The translations under genes and the position numbers were made by a program. Positions 23,790 to 36,600 of a DNA stretch of 64,000 bases are shown here, piece after piece. Numbering within the stretch: position 1 is the first letter of the stretch; each line of letters opens with the position of its first letter. The notes under the pieces were generated by a model. It did no database searches and was not told where the DNA came from. It was given only the letters and a program-made list of their open reading frames with translations. The stretch lies in assembly GCF_030144855.1 (NCBI RefSeq), contig NC_082717.1:64852001-64916000 (forward strand), written 5' to 3'. The stretch comes from Hypanus sabinus (Eukaryota).

Positions 23790-24030
23790 TTCTGACTGTG
23801 GGGCTAAGCACAGCTCCAATGCCATATTTAAGTTTGCTGACACCACTGTCGTAGGGTGAATCAAACGTGGCTCAAGGAATCAGCATATAGGAGGGAGATT
23901 GAAAATCTGGCAGGGAGTGGTGCCATAACAACCTCTTACTCAATGTCAGCAAGACCAAAGAGCCGATTTAAAACTTTAGAAGGAAACCAGAGGCCCATGA
24001 GCTCTTCTTCAGAGGTGGGAGACTGTCAGC
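23790..24030 (+). mobile_element. Rex1/Babar-type LINE RT fragment
   Basis: FKFADTTV...ESAYRREIENL...NNL.LNVSKTKE. Confidence 0.7.
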
Positions 24031-24509
24031 AGCCTGTTTTTGAAAAATGGCTGTTGAACAAAATTACCATTACTGAATAATACATTCACAGTACTAAACA
24101 CTAGCTAAAAATATATCCACCTTGAGTTGAAATTGAAAGACAACTGACTTACAGGAAATGTGTGGAATTCCACTACCATATGCTAACTATGTGAAATGCT
24201 TTAAGTAACATGCTGCTAAGTCAAGCACTAACGTTAAATCTGAGAAGTACCAGATTTGATGAAACAAGTTGCCAAGTAATCATCTTACTTAATGTGGCTT
24301 TAAATGAAAATTTAACAACTTGCACATTTCATGTCAAACATTAACATTCAAAACACTATCAACCTACCAATTTGCAACAAAGCCTCCGATTACTATGTTT
24401 TCAATATCCAGTCAGTTGTTAAAAAATGGAACTGTGTCATTGCAAAACTATGGAACATAAGAACAAAATCTATGAACCCAAACAAAAATAAATTTGAAAC
24501 TCCCAACAT

Positions 24510-24515
24510 TTTATT
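24510..24515 (-). terminator. Candidate CCT4 polyadenylation signal (AATAAA)
   Basis: AATAAA on the minus strand about 150 nt after the stop codon; not verifiable without transcripts. Confidence 0.4.
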
Positions 24516-24666
24516 AAGTTATAGCAGTCTTTAGTTGGAGAGAAACAGATGTGGCAAATCTACACAAACAAGTCAACGAGAATGGAAGGCTTGTCTCAAG
24601 GTTCATTGACAAGGCGGTTGAAACCAGAGGGAATTTGAAATCTTTCACATGTCGAACTCATTGAAT

Positions 24667-24681
24667 TTATCGTGCAGACAC
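24667..24681 (-). CDS. CCT4: CCT4 exon 14, coding part (VSAR-stop)
   Basis: Strong pyrimidine tract and acceptor (tttttttcttacag) then GTG TCT GCA CGA TAA; equivalent to human VNTR-stop. Confidence 0.88.
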   Translation of the reverse strand: MSAR

Positions 24682-27600
24682 CTGTAAGAAAAAAAAAGTA
24701 GCCCTATTTAGTTAACTACATTTGTTAAATACATTTGAGTTTTTCTTGTTTTGTGTTTTTTCTGTCTTCAAACTGAATGGAAATCTAAGATAAGCATAAT
24801 CATGTAACATCAACAAAACGTCCAACACAAATAATTTTTCTGCTCACACTGTGTTTACAAAAATTAACTCTTCGGAACACTGTAAAACATAAAAAAATCC
24901 TCCCCCATTTCTCTAATTAAAATTACAAAAGAAAATTACCACATCATCAATCTTTAGGATACTGCGAACAGTTTCTGTTGCCAAGGTCAGGGCACTGAGG
25001 GAGACCAGCAGAGGCTGAACAACCAGCTCCTCCAGAATGTTAGAAATACCACCCTGAAGAAACAAATTGGTGAATGAGAAGCAATTCTGATATATTAATG
25101 CAAAACATTTTTCTTCATTACATTACAAGGGCTTATGAAGTAATGAAAATTTCACCTTTCGCACATTAATTCCTGCAGTCTTTTCCCCTTGTGCATGTCT
25201 ATTTCTCAGCTCCGTCACAGTAGAAATAGGATTAAGACCTGCATTTTCAGCCAAAGTTGAAGGGATAATTTCCAGGGCATCGGCAAAAGCCCGTACACAA
25301 TATGCCTCCATACCACTAAGCGTTCGAGAGTACTCCGTCAAACGCAGTGCTAACTCAATCTCAGGAGCTCCACCTCCAGCAATTAAAGCCCTGTTTAGAA
25401 GAAAAGTTACATTTTCTGAACTTTGTGATCATTTCCCTTTTATACTCTGTTTATCCAAACAAAGAATTTACCCAGACTAGTGTTTGATTCTGCCTACAGT
25501 ACCACAGTTTCTTCCTTTACATTATATCAGACAGAATTCTAAGTGGTCTTACTTTTAATATCAAGTTTATTAAGCAAACGGTTTCACTGAGCAGGCCAAC
25601 TTGTTTCTCAAGCCAGTGTCTTTCAACATCACCTAGCATCAACTGAGAATTCTGAGCAGTTCATTTCACAACTCCCACAACCAAGGACTTTTAAAAACAT
25701 CAAAGCAAATGCATTCTATAATTGTTTAACATCAGTTCACTTTGAAAGGTGCTTAGACGAGAGGAAAAAGTAGCCAGAGATCAAATTTTGAAGTAATATC
25801 AATTTCTGAACCAGCATTGTGAAGTGGCACTCAGAAAGCAGCTCATTTCTGAAATCCGACCCTGAATTTTAAGTAGCTCCCATTATGAATATTCAATTGA
25901 AGTCCTCCTTTATTTGAATGACTCCCAGTTAATGCTCATCATAATAATAGGTGGAGGGAAAATTACCTTTTCTTTACCAAGCAGCGAATAACACATAAAG
26001 CATCATGAATGGAACGCTCAGCCTCTTCCATGACCAATTTATTGGACCCTCGAACCACAATGGATACTGTTTTTCCTGGATTGGCACAACCAGTAATCTA
26101 AAAGACAAAGAATTAAATTTTAGGATTAGACCATAAAACATATAAGCAGAATTCGGCCACTTGGCACATCGAGCCACTTGGCCACTTGGCTGATTTACTA
26201 TCCCTCTCAACACTATTCTCCACGTAACCTTTGACCCCCCCAACTAACCAAGAATCTATCAACCTCCGCTTTAAATGTACTCAATGACTTGGCCTCTACA
26301 GATGTATTTGATAATGAATTCCACAGATTCACCACCCCAAGCTGAAGAAAGTCCTTCATATTTGTTTTAAATGGATGTCCCTCTGTTCTGAGGCCATGTC
26401 CTCTGGTCCTAGACTCACCCACATCCACTCTATCTAGGTCTTTAAATATTCAAGATTTCAATGAAGTCCCCCCTCGCCGTGCTTCTAAATGACACTGAGT
26501 ATATGCCCAGAACCATCAAAAACTCTTCACACATTAACTCTTTCATTCCCAGAATAATTCTTGTGAACCTCCACAATGCCAGCATATCTGTTCTTAGAAA
26601 ATGGCCCAAACTGCTCACAATACTCCAAGTGCAGTCTGAGCAATGCCTTATAAAGCCTCATATCACATGCTTGTTTTTATACTCCAGTCCTCTTGCTTAC
26701 ATTGCATTTGCCTTCCTTATCACTGACTCAACCTGCAACTTAACTTTTAGAGAATCCTGCACAAGGACTCACAAGTCCCTTTGTACCTCTGATTTTCAAA
26801 TTTTCTCTGTTTAGAAAATAGTCTATACTTATATTCCTTCTGCCAAAGTGAATGACTACACACTTCTCTACACTACATTCCATCCGCCACTACTTTGCTC
26901 ATTCTCCCAATCTGTGCAAGTCATTCTACAGCAGGGATTCCAACCGTTTTTATGCCATGGACTCCTACTATTAACTGTGGGTTCCATGAACCCCACATTG
27001 GGAACCCCTGTTGACCCGACTCTGCTTTCTCATCACCTACTTCATATCATCTGCAAACATGGCAACAAAGCCATCAATTCTGTCACCGAAATCATCAACA
27101 TATAACGCCAAAAGATGTGGCCCCACTACCAACCACTGAGGAGCACCACTTGTCACCAGCAGCCAACCAGAATTATCATTACGTGCTCTGTTGTATGACA
27201 AAGGCAATCATGGTCTCATGACGACGATTGTTCTCGGCAAATTTTACAGAAGTGGTTTGCCAAAGCTGCCTTCTGGGCAATGTCTTTACAAGACAGGTGA
27301 CCCCAGCCATTATCGGCACTCTTCAGAGGTTGTCTCCCTGACGTCAGTGGTCGCATATGCCAAACAGAATAAGCCCTTTATTCTGACTCTTTGCCTCCTG
27401 CCAATCAGCCAATATTCTATCCATGCTAATATCTTTCTTGTAATATCCTGGACCCTTTTCTTGTTAAGCAGTTGCATGTGCGACACTTCCTCAAAGACCT
27501 TTTGAAAACCCAAATAAACAGCATACACCATCTCTCCTGCCTGTTATTTCCTTAAAGAATTCAAACAGATTTGTCAGGCAAGATTTCCCCTTAAAAACCA

Positions 27601-30600
27601 TCATGCTGACTTTGGTCTACTTCGTCATGAGCCTCCAAATATCCTGAAACCTCATCCTGAATAATTGATTCCAACACCTTCCCAATCACTATAGTCAGGC
27701 TAACTGGCCTATAATTTCTTTTCCTCTGTCTCCCTCTCTTCTTAAACAGTGGAGTACATTTGCAATTTTGCAGTCCCAAGGAACCATTCCAAAACCTAAT
27801 GATTCATGCCTCCACAATTTCTTCGGCTACCTGCTTCAGAATCCTGTGGTGTAGTCCACCTGGTCCAGGTGACTTATCCATGTTCAGACCTTTCAGCTTC
27901 TCAAGCACCTTCTCCTTAATAATAACAAATACACTCACTTCTGCCCTCTGGACCCCTCAAATTTCTGGAATACTGCCAGTGTCTTCCACAGTAAACACTG
28001 ACGCAAAACACTTAAGTTTGTTTGCTTTTATGCTGTCTTTGACTTCCCTTGTCAGCCATGATTGCCTCATCCTTTTCATCTTTGGCATGCATCAATCCTA
28101 TGCTTTCCAAATAACTTAAGCCATTGCTGTTCTGCCATCACACCTGCTAGTGTTCCCCTCCAATCAACTTTGGCCAGTTCCTCTCTCATGCCTCTATACG
28201 TACCTTTATTCCACTATAATACTGATACACCTGACTTCATCTTCTTCCTCTCAAAATGCAGTTGAATTCTTTATCATGATCTGTCTCCCAGGGATTCCTT
28301 TACATTAAACTCCCTAATCAAACCTGGCTCTTTACACAACACCCAATCCAGATTGCCTTTCCCCTAGTGGGCTGAACCATAAGCTGCTCTAAAAAAACCC
28401 ATTGCTTAGGCATTCTGCAAATTCCCTGTCTTGGGATCCAGCACCAATCTGATTTTACCAATGTACCTGCATACTGAAATGCCCCATGACTATCCTAACA
28501 TACACTAACTACATACCTTTTATTTTTCCCGTTGAAATTGATATTCTGCATCCTGGCTATTGTTTGGGGACCTGCATCTAATTCCCATCAGGGTCTTTTT
28601 ACCCTTGCAGTTTTTAAATTCTATCTACAAGGATTCTACATCTTCCAAACTTATGTTTCCTCTTTATAAGGATTTCAATTCATACTTTTTTTTAAACCAA
28701 CAGAGCCACCCTCTGCCAACCTGCCTGTCCTTTCAATACAAGGTGTATTCTTGGATGTTCTGACTATGATCTTCTTTCAGCCACGTCTCAGTGATGTCCA
28801 CATCATACCTGCCAGTCTCTAACTGTGCCACAACTCATCTGCCTTATTTTGTATAATACGTGCATTCAAATTCAACACCTCAAGTCTTGTTATTCAATGC
28901 CAGTTACTATTAACTCAAGCAACCTTCCACTCCGCAGACAGGCCCCACTAGCTTTTTAAAAATGGCACACAAAGTCCAAACTGAACCATCTCCAACTCAC
29001 TCTACAATCTCCTGTTCTGCAGACTGGTGGTCGCCAACCCGTTGATTGCGATCGACTAGTCGATCTTTGAGACTTTCTCAGTTGATCCCGAAAAAAAAGT
29101 ACAAATACTGTTGAGAGATTGTTTCCGGGTTGCGGGGTTTTAGTTCCGTACTTTCTGTCCAGTACTTTCTGGCCTATAGCTCTCCCGCACTACACAGTGT
29201 AACTCACTGGTCCCCAACCACCAGGCCACAAGGAAACACAATGAGTCAGCTGCACTTTTCCTCATTCCCTGTCAGCCCACTGTTGAACTTAAACCCACGC
29301 GAAGTCATCAGGTGACTAATCGCAGTGATACCCTTGCGCCAGGGATCATTGGTTGCCCTCAGACGGCCGTCGGGAAGTGCCGTCGCTACTAGTCTGGAGC
29401 GCTTCCTCTGAACCTGTTTAGCACACTGAATGTTCGTGGGGAACCCGGTGTTAAAATATTCGCAGCCCACCTAATTCTGACTCAGCGTTTCATAAGTATC
29501 AGAGCAGCTACCGCGCTGCGATCTACTGAAACAAACATTTGTCAGCTGATAGATCCTACAAGGAGGGGTGGGTGGGCGCTCTGTCGCACTCCCCGCTCAG
29601 TCGGCCGCGCTCTCCGGACTGTGACTGCCGCGGCCCCGGTACAGGGACCCCCGGCCCTGACCTTGTCCTCTCACCCCACCCACAACCAGCCACATCTGTC
29701 CAAGGCGTCTGGCGATGGGCAGGCAGGAGGCTGAGTTCGGGCCCGGAGGCTTTCTAATGAGGCAATGTCTCAAAACTGCTTCAGTACCGAGTCCAAGCAC
29801 CCAGCACTTAAAGACGAACCCGCTAAGTTTTCTCAGTGGGAAAAAATGTGAGCAAGCGGGACAGAAGCCAAGAGCCACAAAAACTAGAATAGACTGGACA
29901 TAAGGAACCTGCTTCGGCTATCGCTGTATTCCGGTTGTGTTTAACACCGCCACCCCCCCGTTGGCCGGCCCGCAAGAATATTATCAATATTAAACCGGTC
30001 CGTGGTGCGAAAAAAAGGGGTGGGTACCCCTGGTGTTTATATATTATTTCTAACTCCGGGTTGCAGGGTTTTATTTCCGGTCTTTTCTGCCCTGGTGCGC
30101 ATGCATGTTAATTGATGTGGAGTCGATCTTGCCTTTTACTAAGGCCGAGGTAGGGGATCTTGGGCTTAAAAAGGTTGGTGACCACTTCTGCAGACTATTA
30201 CAACAAATATAATAACATCTGACATTAAAGCTTTAGCACAGCTTATTTGAAAATTAGATAAATCTGCTGTTATCTTTTGTTCATTATTACCTTGACTAAT
30301 TTGCCAGATCCATTCAAAGTGACCTCTTCTGCCAACTCTGCAGAGCCCAACATGTCTGGTGTGAACTGCTCAAAATGAGCAACTGGCTTTAAGCCTAAAG
30401 TCTGCAAAAAAAATATACTTAAATGTTTTTTTCTGAAATCAAACGAAACAAACAAAATTTAAAACTGACAAGATATTAATTTGGGAATTAAATCTAAGCA
30501 GCTGTACTTTCAAAGATTTAATTATTCTCTTGTACCTTACAGATGAACTCAATGTCTTCTCGCTCAATGTCCTTAATCACCATAATCTTCATCTTGTTGA

Positions 30601-33600
30601 GGAAATGGAGGGCCAGGTCACTTAATGCATCCCTGTTTTAAAAAAAAGCATTAATATTAATCCCGTCAACCATAAACTGGACCAAAAGGAACAAAAGATT
30701 CAGAAGCACAGGTTACTTGATAAAAAGTTTTCCGTCAACAGAACAGAAACACTGCGGATTCAGCAGCAGTGGCAGGTGGTGGGTCCTTAGCTCGCCCGGG
30801 TCCTAAAGTCCACCCGCACTGAGATAGGTTAAATAAGACAAGTGGGGGCACTACTGACTGGAAAAAGGGGGTCAGGGTGAATCTTGCTAAGAAAAATTTA
30901 AGCCAAATACAAAGTTACACAGTGCTAACAGCAACGTGATCCGACTTAAAATGGTGGACGGTGACGAATTTTTAATATAATAGGCTTTATGGCAGGCCGT
31001 TCATAAGTCCGAGTTGTTCTTAAGTCAGACGTTAGTAACTTGGGGACTGCCTGTATATAAAAGGCATTTAGACAAATGGAACGAAAAGGTAGGGATAGCC
31101 AAACAAGCAAATTAGGCAAGCTTGGAAACAAATCTTGGTCAGCAAGAACAAGTTAGGCCAAAGGGCCTGTTTTTGTATTGTATAACTGTCACATCCAGGG
31201 TTTAATTAATTTTTAGTTTGATAAAGCAACTTCCCTGTTTCCATTAATTACCTCCAAACAGGTGCCTACGAAAATATTTTACTATTAATCCAAAGTAAAA
31301 TTTCTACAAGTTGAATAAACGTGTTTACTAAAATTCAGCTCTTTTTTATTAATTAATTAATATTTTTTACATTTATGATGATATCACTAATGTGAAATAT
31401 CTACTCATAAAACAGGGAGCTTGTGTATTAACATACCCTCAACAACTTCAAATGACTTAGTACATTATAAACAAACTTAATTGTGACAAGAAATTTATCT
31501 ACTGTAGTAGATAACATAAGTACACAGTAAGTCCAAAATCTAGTATTTTGTTCCACCAGCAAATCCTCCAAGAATCTCTTCTATAATTATCTATTGGTTA
31601 AAAACATTACCTCAAAATTGATTTTTGTATCAGCAGGACATTGCATCCAGCTTTTTTAATCTGCTTCACCAAGTTCAAAATGTAGGTTCTTTCTTCACGT
31701 AAAACACGGTCCATCTGAGTATAGTCAGACACTACGATCTGATTTTCCATCTAAAAAATAAAATAAAGAATTCAGAAATGCTGTGACAAGAGAGTTTTGT
31801 AAACAGTAACAGAGGACACTGAAAATTATGGATTGATGCATTTTGCAATACCAACCCAATAAGAAGTGCCATAGCTAGAATGTCAATCTCTGATCTTTTT
31901 TGATATGGCCAAACAAAGATAGGGCAATATAACAGAAACAAAGAAATTATCTAATGACTTTTGACAAGTGCATTAGCTGGTTGTTAGTTAAACACATGTA
32001 TTGGGTATAGTGAAAAATTTGTTTTGCATGGTGTTCAAACAACTCACATCATATAATGTATACTGAGGAAATACAAGATAAAAACACTAACAGAATGCTG
32101 AATAAATGTGTTATAGTTACAGAGAAAGTGTAATGCAAATGGACAAACAGATACAAGGTCATATTAAGTTAGATTGTGAAGTCAATAATTCATCTTATTG
32201 TACTAGGGAATGACTCGATAATCTTATAACAGCGGGATAGAAGTTTTCCTTGAGCTAGGGCATACATGCTTTTAGACTTTTATATCCTCTCTTTGGTGGG
32301 AAAAGGGGTAAGAGAGAATGCCTGGGGTGGGTCAGGTCATTGGTTGTGCTGGCTGATTTACTAAGGCAGCTGAGAAGTATAGGCAGTCCATGGAGAGCAG
32401 GCTAGTTTCCATGATGTGCTGTTCCACAACTCTCTGCTGTTTCTTGCGGTCACCCACCAGCATGCAACTCATTGTGTTGGAGGATAATCAGTACAAGACA
32501 AAATCACTGACTGCTAAAAGCAGAGAGTAAGATATGGATCTATGAAACTTCTGGAAATATAATACATCCAATGGGAAATCTGAAACATTTATGCCCCATA
32601 TGTCTGAACACATTGATTTGGACAAGGTATAGGCACTTGGGTCAATTCCTTCATTTATAGAAATCATAACTGATCCATTGTGACCACAACATTGTATTTC
32701 CATCTGCATATAGTTCACATAGATGCACCACAAGGATGTGAGCTTAGCCCCTAGCTCTATTTGTTTTACACTCATGAACGAGTCCCATGAATGAGCGGCT
32801 AAGCACAGCACCAATGCCATTTTCAAGCTTGCTGACTACTCTACTGCAATACACCGAATCAAAGGTGATGACGAATGAGCATATTGGGGGGGGAAGGAAG
32901 ATTGAAAATCTGGCTCAGTGGTGCCACAACAACAACCTCTTACTCAATATCAGCAAGACCAAGGAGCTGATTATTGACCAGGTGGAGGAAACAAGAGGTC
33001 CATGAGGCTGTCCTCATCAGGAGATCAAAGTTTGAGAAGGTCAGCAACAAGATTCCTTAGTGTTATCATTTCAGAGGACCCATCCTGGGCTCAGCAAAAA
33101 GAAAGCACAGCAGCACCTCTACTTATTCAGCATGACATCTAAAACTTTGACAAACTTCTATAGATGTGTGGTGGACAGTATATTGATTGGTTGCATCACA
33201 GCTTGGTATGGAAACACCAATACCATTGAAACGAAAATCTCACAAAAAATCATGGATATGGCCCAATCAATCACAGGTAAAGCCCTCCTCACCATCAAGC
33301 ACATTCTACGACATAGCATTGTCACAAAAAAGCAGCATCCATCATCAGGATCCCCACCCCCCCAGGTCATGTTCCCTTCTCACTACTGCCATCAGGAAGG
33401 AGGTACAAGAACCTTGGGACTCACACCACCAGGTTCAGGAACAATTATTACCCCTCAAACATATGGCTCTTGAACCAAAGGGACCATCACTGCCCCATAT
33501 TCCCACAACCTATGGACTCATTCTCTCGGACTCTTCATCTCATGCTTTCAATATTTATTGCTTGCTTATTTTATTTCTTTCTTTTTGTATTTGCACAATT

Positions 33601-36600
33601 TGTTGTCTTTTGCACACTGGTTCAACACCCAGTTGGCGTGGTCTTTCATAGCTGAAAACAGCTACTTTCAAAGATCAGCATTAGTTGTAGCTGACAACAC
33701 AATGCATGTGAATCTTCAAAAGCCAAGTTGTACTAAAGCAAGAGACTTTCAACTATTTATAGCATAAGTACTGAATGCTACTTGGCTGAAGTAAAATAAT
33801 AACAAAAGCTCTTGGAAAAATAGTTATATTATGCTTGTACTAGAGCAACACTTTGCATTTTACAAGGTCGACATGTGAGATGATGCATGGAATTCAAACT
33901 GAAGTCCATTCAGGGATGTAGTACAGTTTGCTTTAACTGCCAACATTTTTTTTGTGAAAAGATTCATGTAACACATTTGTTACATACATACATCTTTAAC
34001 AACTCTTTTACTGCCTCTCCCAATTTTATAAAGAAAATAGCCAAACATCGTTAACACATTTGATTTCATTTGACCTGGGTACTTTGAGAATGAAGTTGCC
34101 CATGGTTTTGAATGGCTTACTCATTCAATAAGCAGCTTGCTAACATTAATTTAGAGATACAGCAAGGTAACAGGCCCTTCCGGCCCAATAAGCCCATGCC
34201 ACACAATTACACCCACTAATCCACACGTCTTAGAATGTGAGTGTAGGGGTCGTGGAGAACCAGAGCAGCTGCGGAAACCTACGAGGCCACAGGGAGAACA
34301 GACAAACTTCTTCCAGACACCAGAGGGGACTGAACCTGGGCACTAGCGCTCTCAGTGTTACATTAACTACTATGCTACGTCGCCGCAATGTTACGTCTGT
34401 AGTCCCCTCCTTTGTGAGAATCGCAAGATCACTGTTGGGTTGGGTCAAGGGGCCCAGGAAATGAGAGGGACGTGCAGAATGTCTCGTTTCCCCGGCGATG
34501 TAAAGCTACGGGACATGGCCATTGTCTCTTGGAGACAAATTTGTGGATTGAGATACTATGCTGCGTGAACACCCTCAGGCAAAGTGGGCTGCTTGAGGGA
34601 GAGATTGCATCACCCCCAACCTGATTGACATCTACGACCCTGCGAGTCAGGATAAAAGAGGGTCTGTAGGAACAGCCCCTCAGACACACCAGAAGAAACG
34701 TTAAGCGACCACGTAACAGCAGGGAGTCATCTGAAGGAGGCCACGTGCGTTCAGTTCCGTTGCTGGAACCACAGAAAACGGCTTTTAGCTAACAACGGGG
34801 AAACCCACTCCCCTGACTCAACGGATTGGCATCATAAAAGACCTGGGCAAGTTTTAAACCGCATCGCTCTTAAACCCAAAACGCTGCAGCTTGAACGAAC
34901 TAACAGTGACTGTTATATTTCCATCGGACAATACATTATCCCCTAGACAATGATAAGAGCTATTACTTATTGGTTATTATTATACCCGCGCTTTAGATTT
35001 AGTACTGACGATCTATATTATCTGTATGTTTGCATTAATCTTATTTTTGTGCCCCTTTATCAATAAATACTTTTAAAAATAGTACCATCAGACTTCAACG
35101 GACCTCTCTATCTTTGCTGGTAAGTGACCCAGTTACGGGGTTTCGCAACAGCAAGAAGAAATATCCAGTAAATTACCCATTTGAAAAGCAATGTTTGAGG
35201 TTTGGCTTCTGTTTGGAATTCTTAATGAAAACCAAGTATGATATTACCTTGGTGCTATTATGATCTTATTAATATCAGATATATAATATACAATGTCATT
35301 AATATTACTTATCAGTAAAACCATTATATGTAGCCCTCAGACCTCTTAAGCACACAGTCACATTTTTAACTCCAAAGAAGAAAAAATGTGACCGTCTTTC
35401 AGATTAAACTGAAGAAAAAAATGAATCTTGTATTGCCCTTTCCATTGAGATTAGAATGGAATAGAGTGATTACTGCATGCATATATGAACTTTGATTAAA
35501 AAACACCACAGTATTCACCAGATATACTATCCTCAAGGTTGCAGTGCCTCACAAAAGCTTTCTTCCCTCAATTATATTCAGATGTTTTAACACAAATGAA
35601 AAACGTCTTAAGTTTGGCAATGTGAAAGCTTTAAGCTATTCTAAAGTAGTTCAAGATAAAGAGAATGGAAACCATGACACACAACAGAGCGCATCAAATT
35701 TCAAGTCCAATACCAGAAACTGCATTAATTTTTTTTTGCATACATGGTACTGGATTTAAAATCCATTCTGCTATAATTTCTTCTAAGTTCATTTCCTATA
35801 TTTTAAAGTTTACATATAAGGTTAGATCAACAGTTACCAATAGATATTTCAAATTCCAAAAAAAAAAACAATGAAATTTTCTGAGCAACTGAAGGAATTA
35901 ATGGCTGCCCATGGTTTATTATTTCAAGCAATCTAAAAATATAAAAGGACTTACATCTGTTTTTGGAGCAGACAAGCAGAACTGGATGAGTCCAATTTTA
36001 GCCTTTTCTACACGACTTATGCCCGTATTGACAACTCTCTGAGTCAGAACCAGTCCATTCACCAATTCACAGTCATCAATCGTTCCTCTGCAAAACAAAT
36101 TTTAATTACCCTTTAACATGCATTTCATCTTAAAGGGACAGCCAAGGCTTCTAAATAAAGCAGTAATATATTTTGTATACTATGGTATAAAGATCATCAG
36201 CAAATCAAATCACACAGAAGCAATGGAATTGAAATTAGTAAAATAATTTGGAGTAAAAAAATGGCCATCATCCAACAATTTCTTAAAATCCCTTTAATTC
36301 ATTGATGCCTTTTGGGGAAGAAACTGACCATCTTAAACTGGCTTAAATGCAACTCACAAAGCACAGGAAGGCCATTTGCTACTACTATCTCCTGAAATGA
36401 CCAAACAAACCACTCAGTTGTATCATAACCATCTAATTTTAAGAATAAAATAATAAAGTAAGAGCACTTAGCACTGACCAGGGCACTAAATGTAGCTTTC
36501 AACATTGTTGATTCGAATTCCCTATCCACAGAATCTTGGCTTCCCTGCAGAAAAGCAGCAATTTAAGGTGGCAGTTCACTAACACCTTCTTAATGCTTTG

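Larger units (their letters stand above)
26129..28890 (-). mobile_element. Decayed CR1/HER1 LINE (endonuclease to RT to 3' tail) in CCT4 intron 10, with nested MITE and SINE
   Basis: Minus-strand peptides [40 protein letters not shown]; 3' tail ...tatggtct. Confidence 0.9.

Noticed and set aside
25831-25943. Possible C/D box snoRNA in CCT4 intron 11 (ATGATGA ... CTGA on the minus strand)
   Set aside because: No terminal stem and no recognisable guide sequence; such short boxes arise by chance. An Infernal or snoScan search would settle it.
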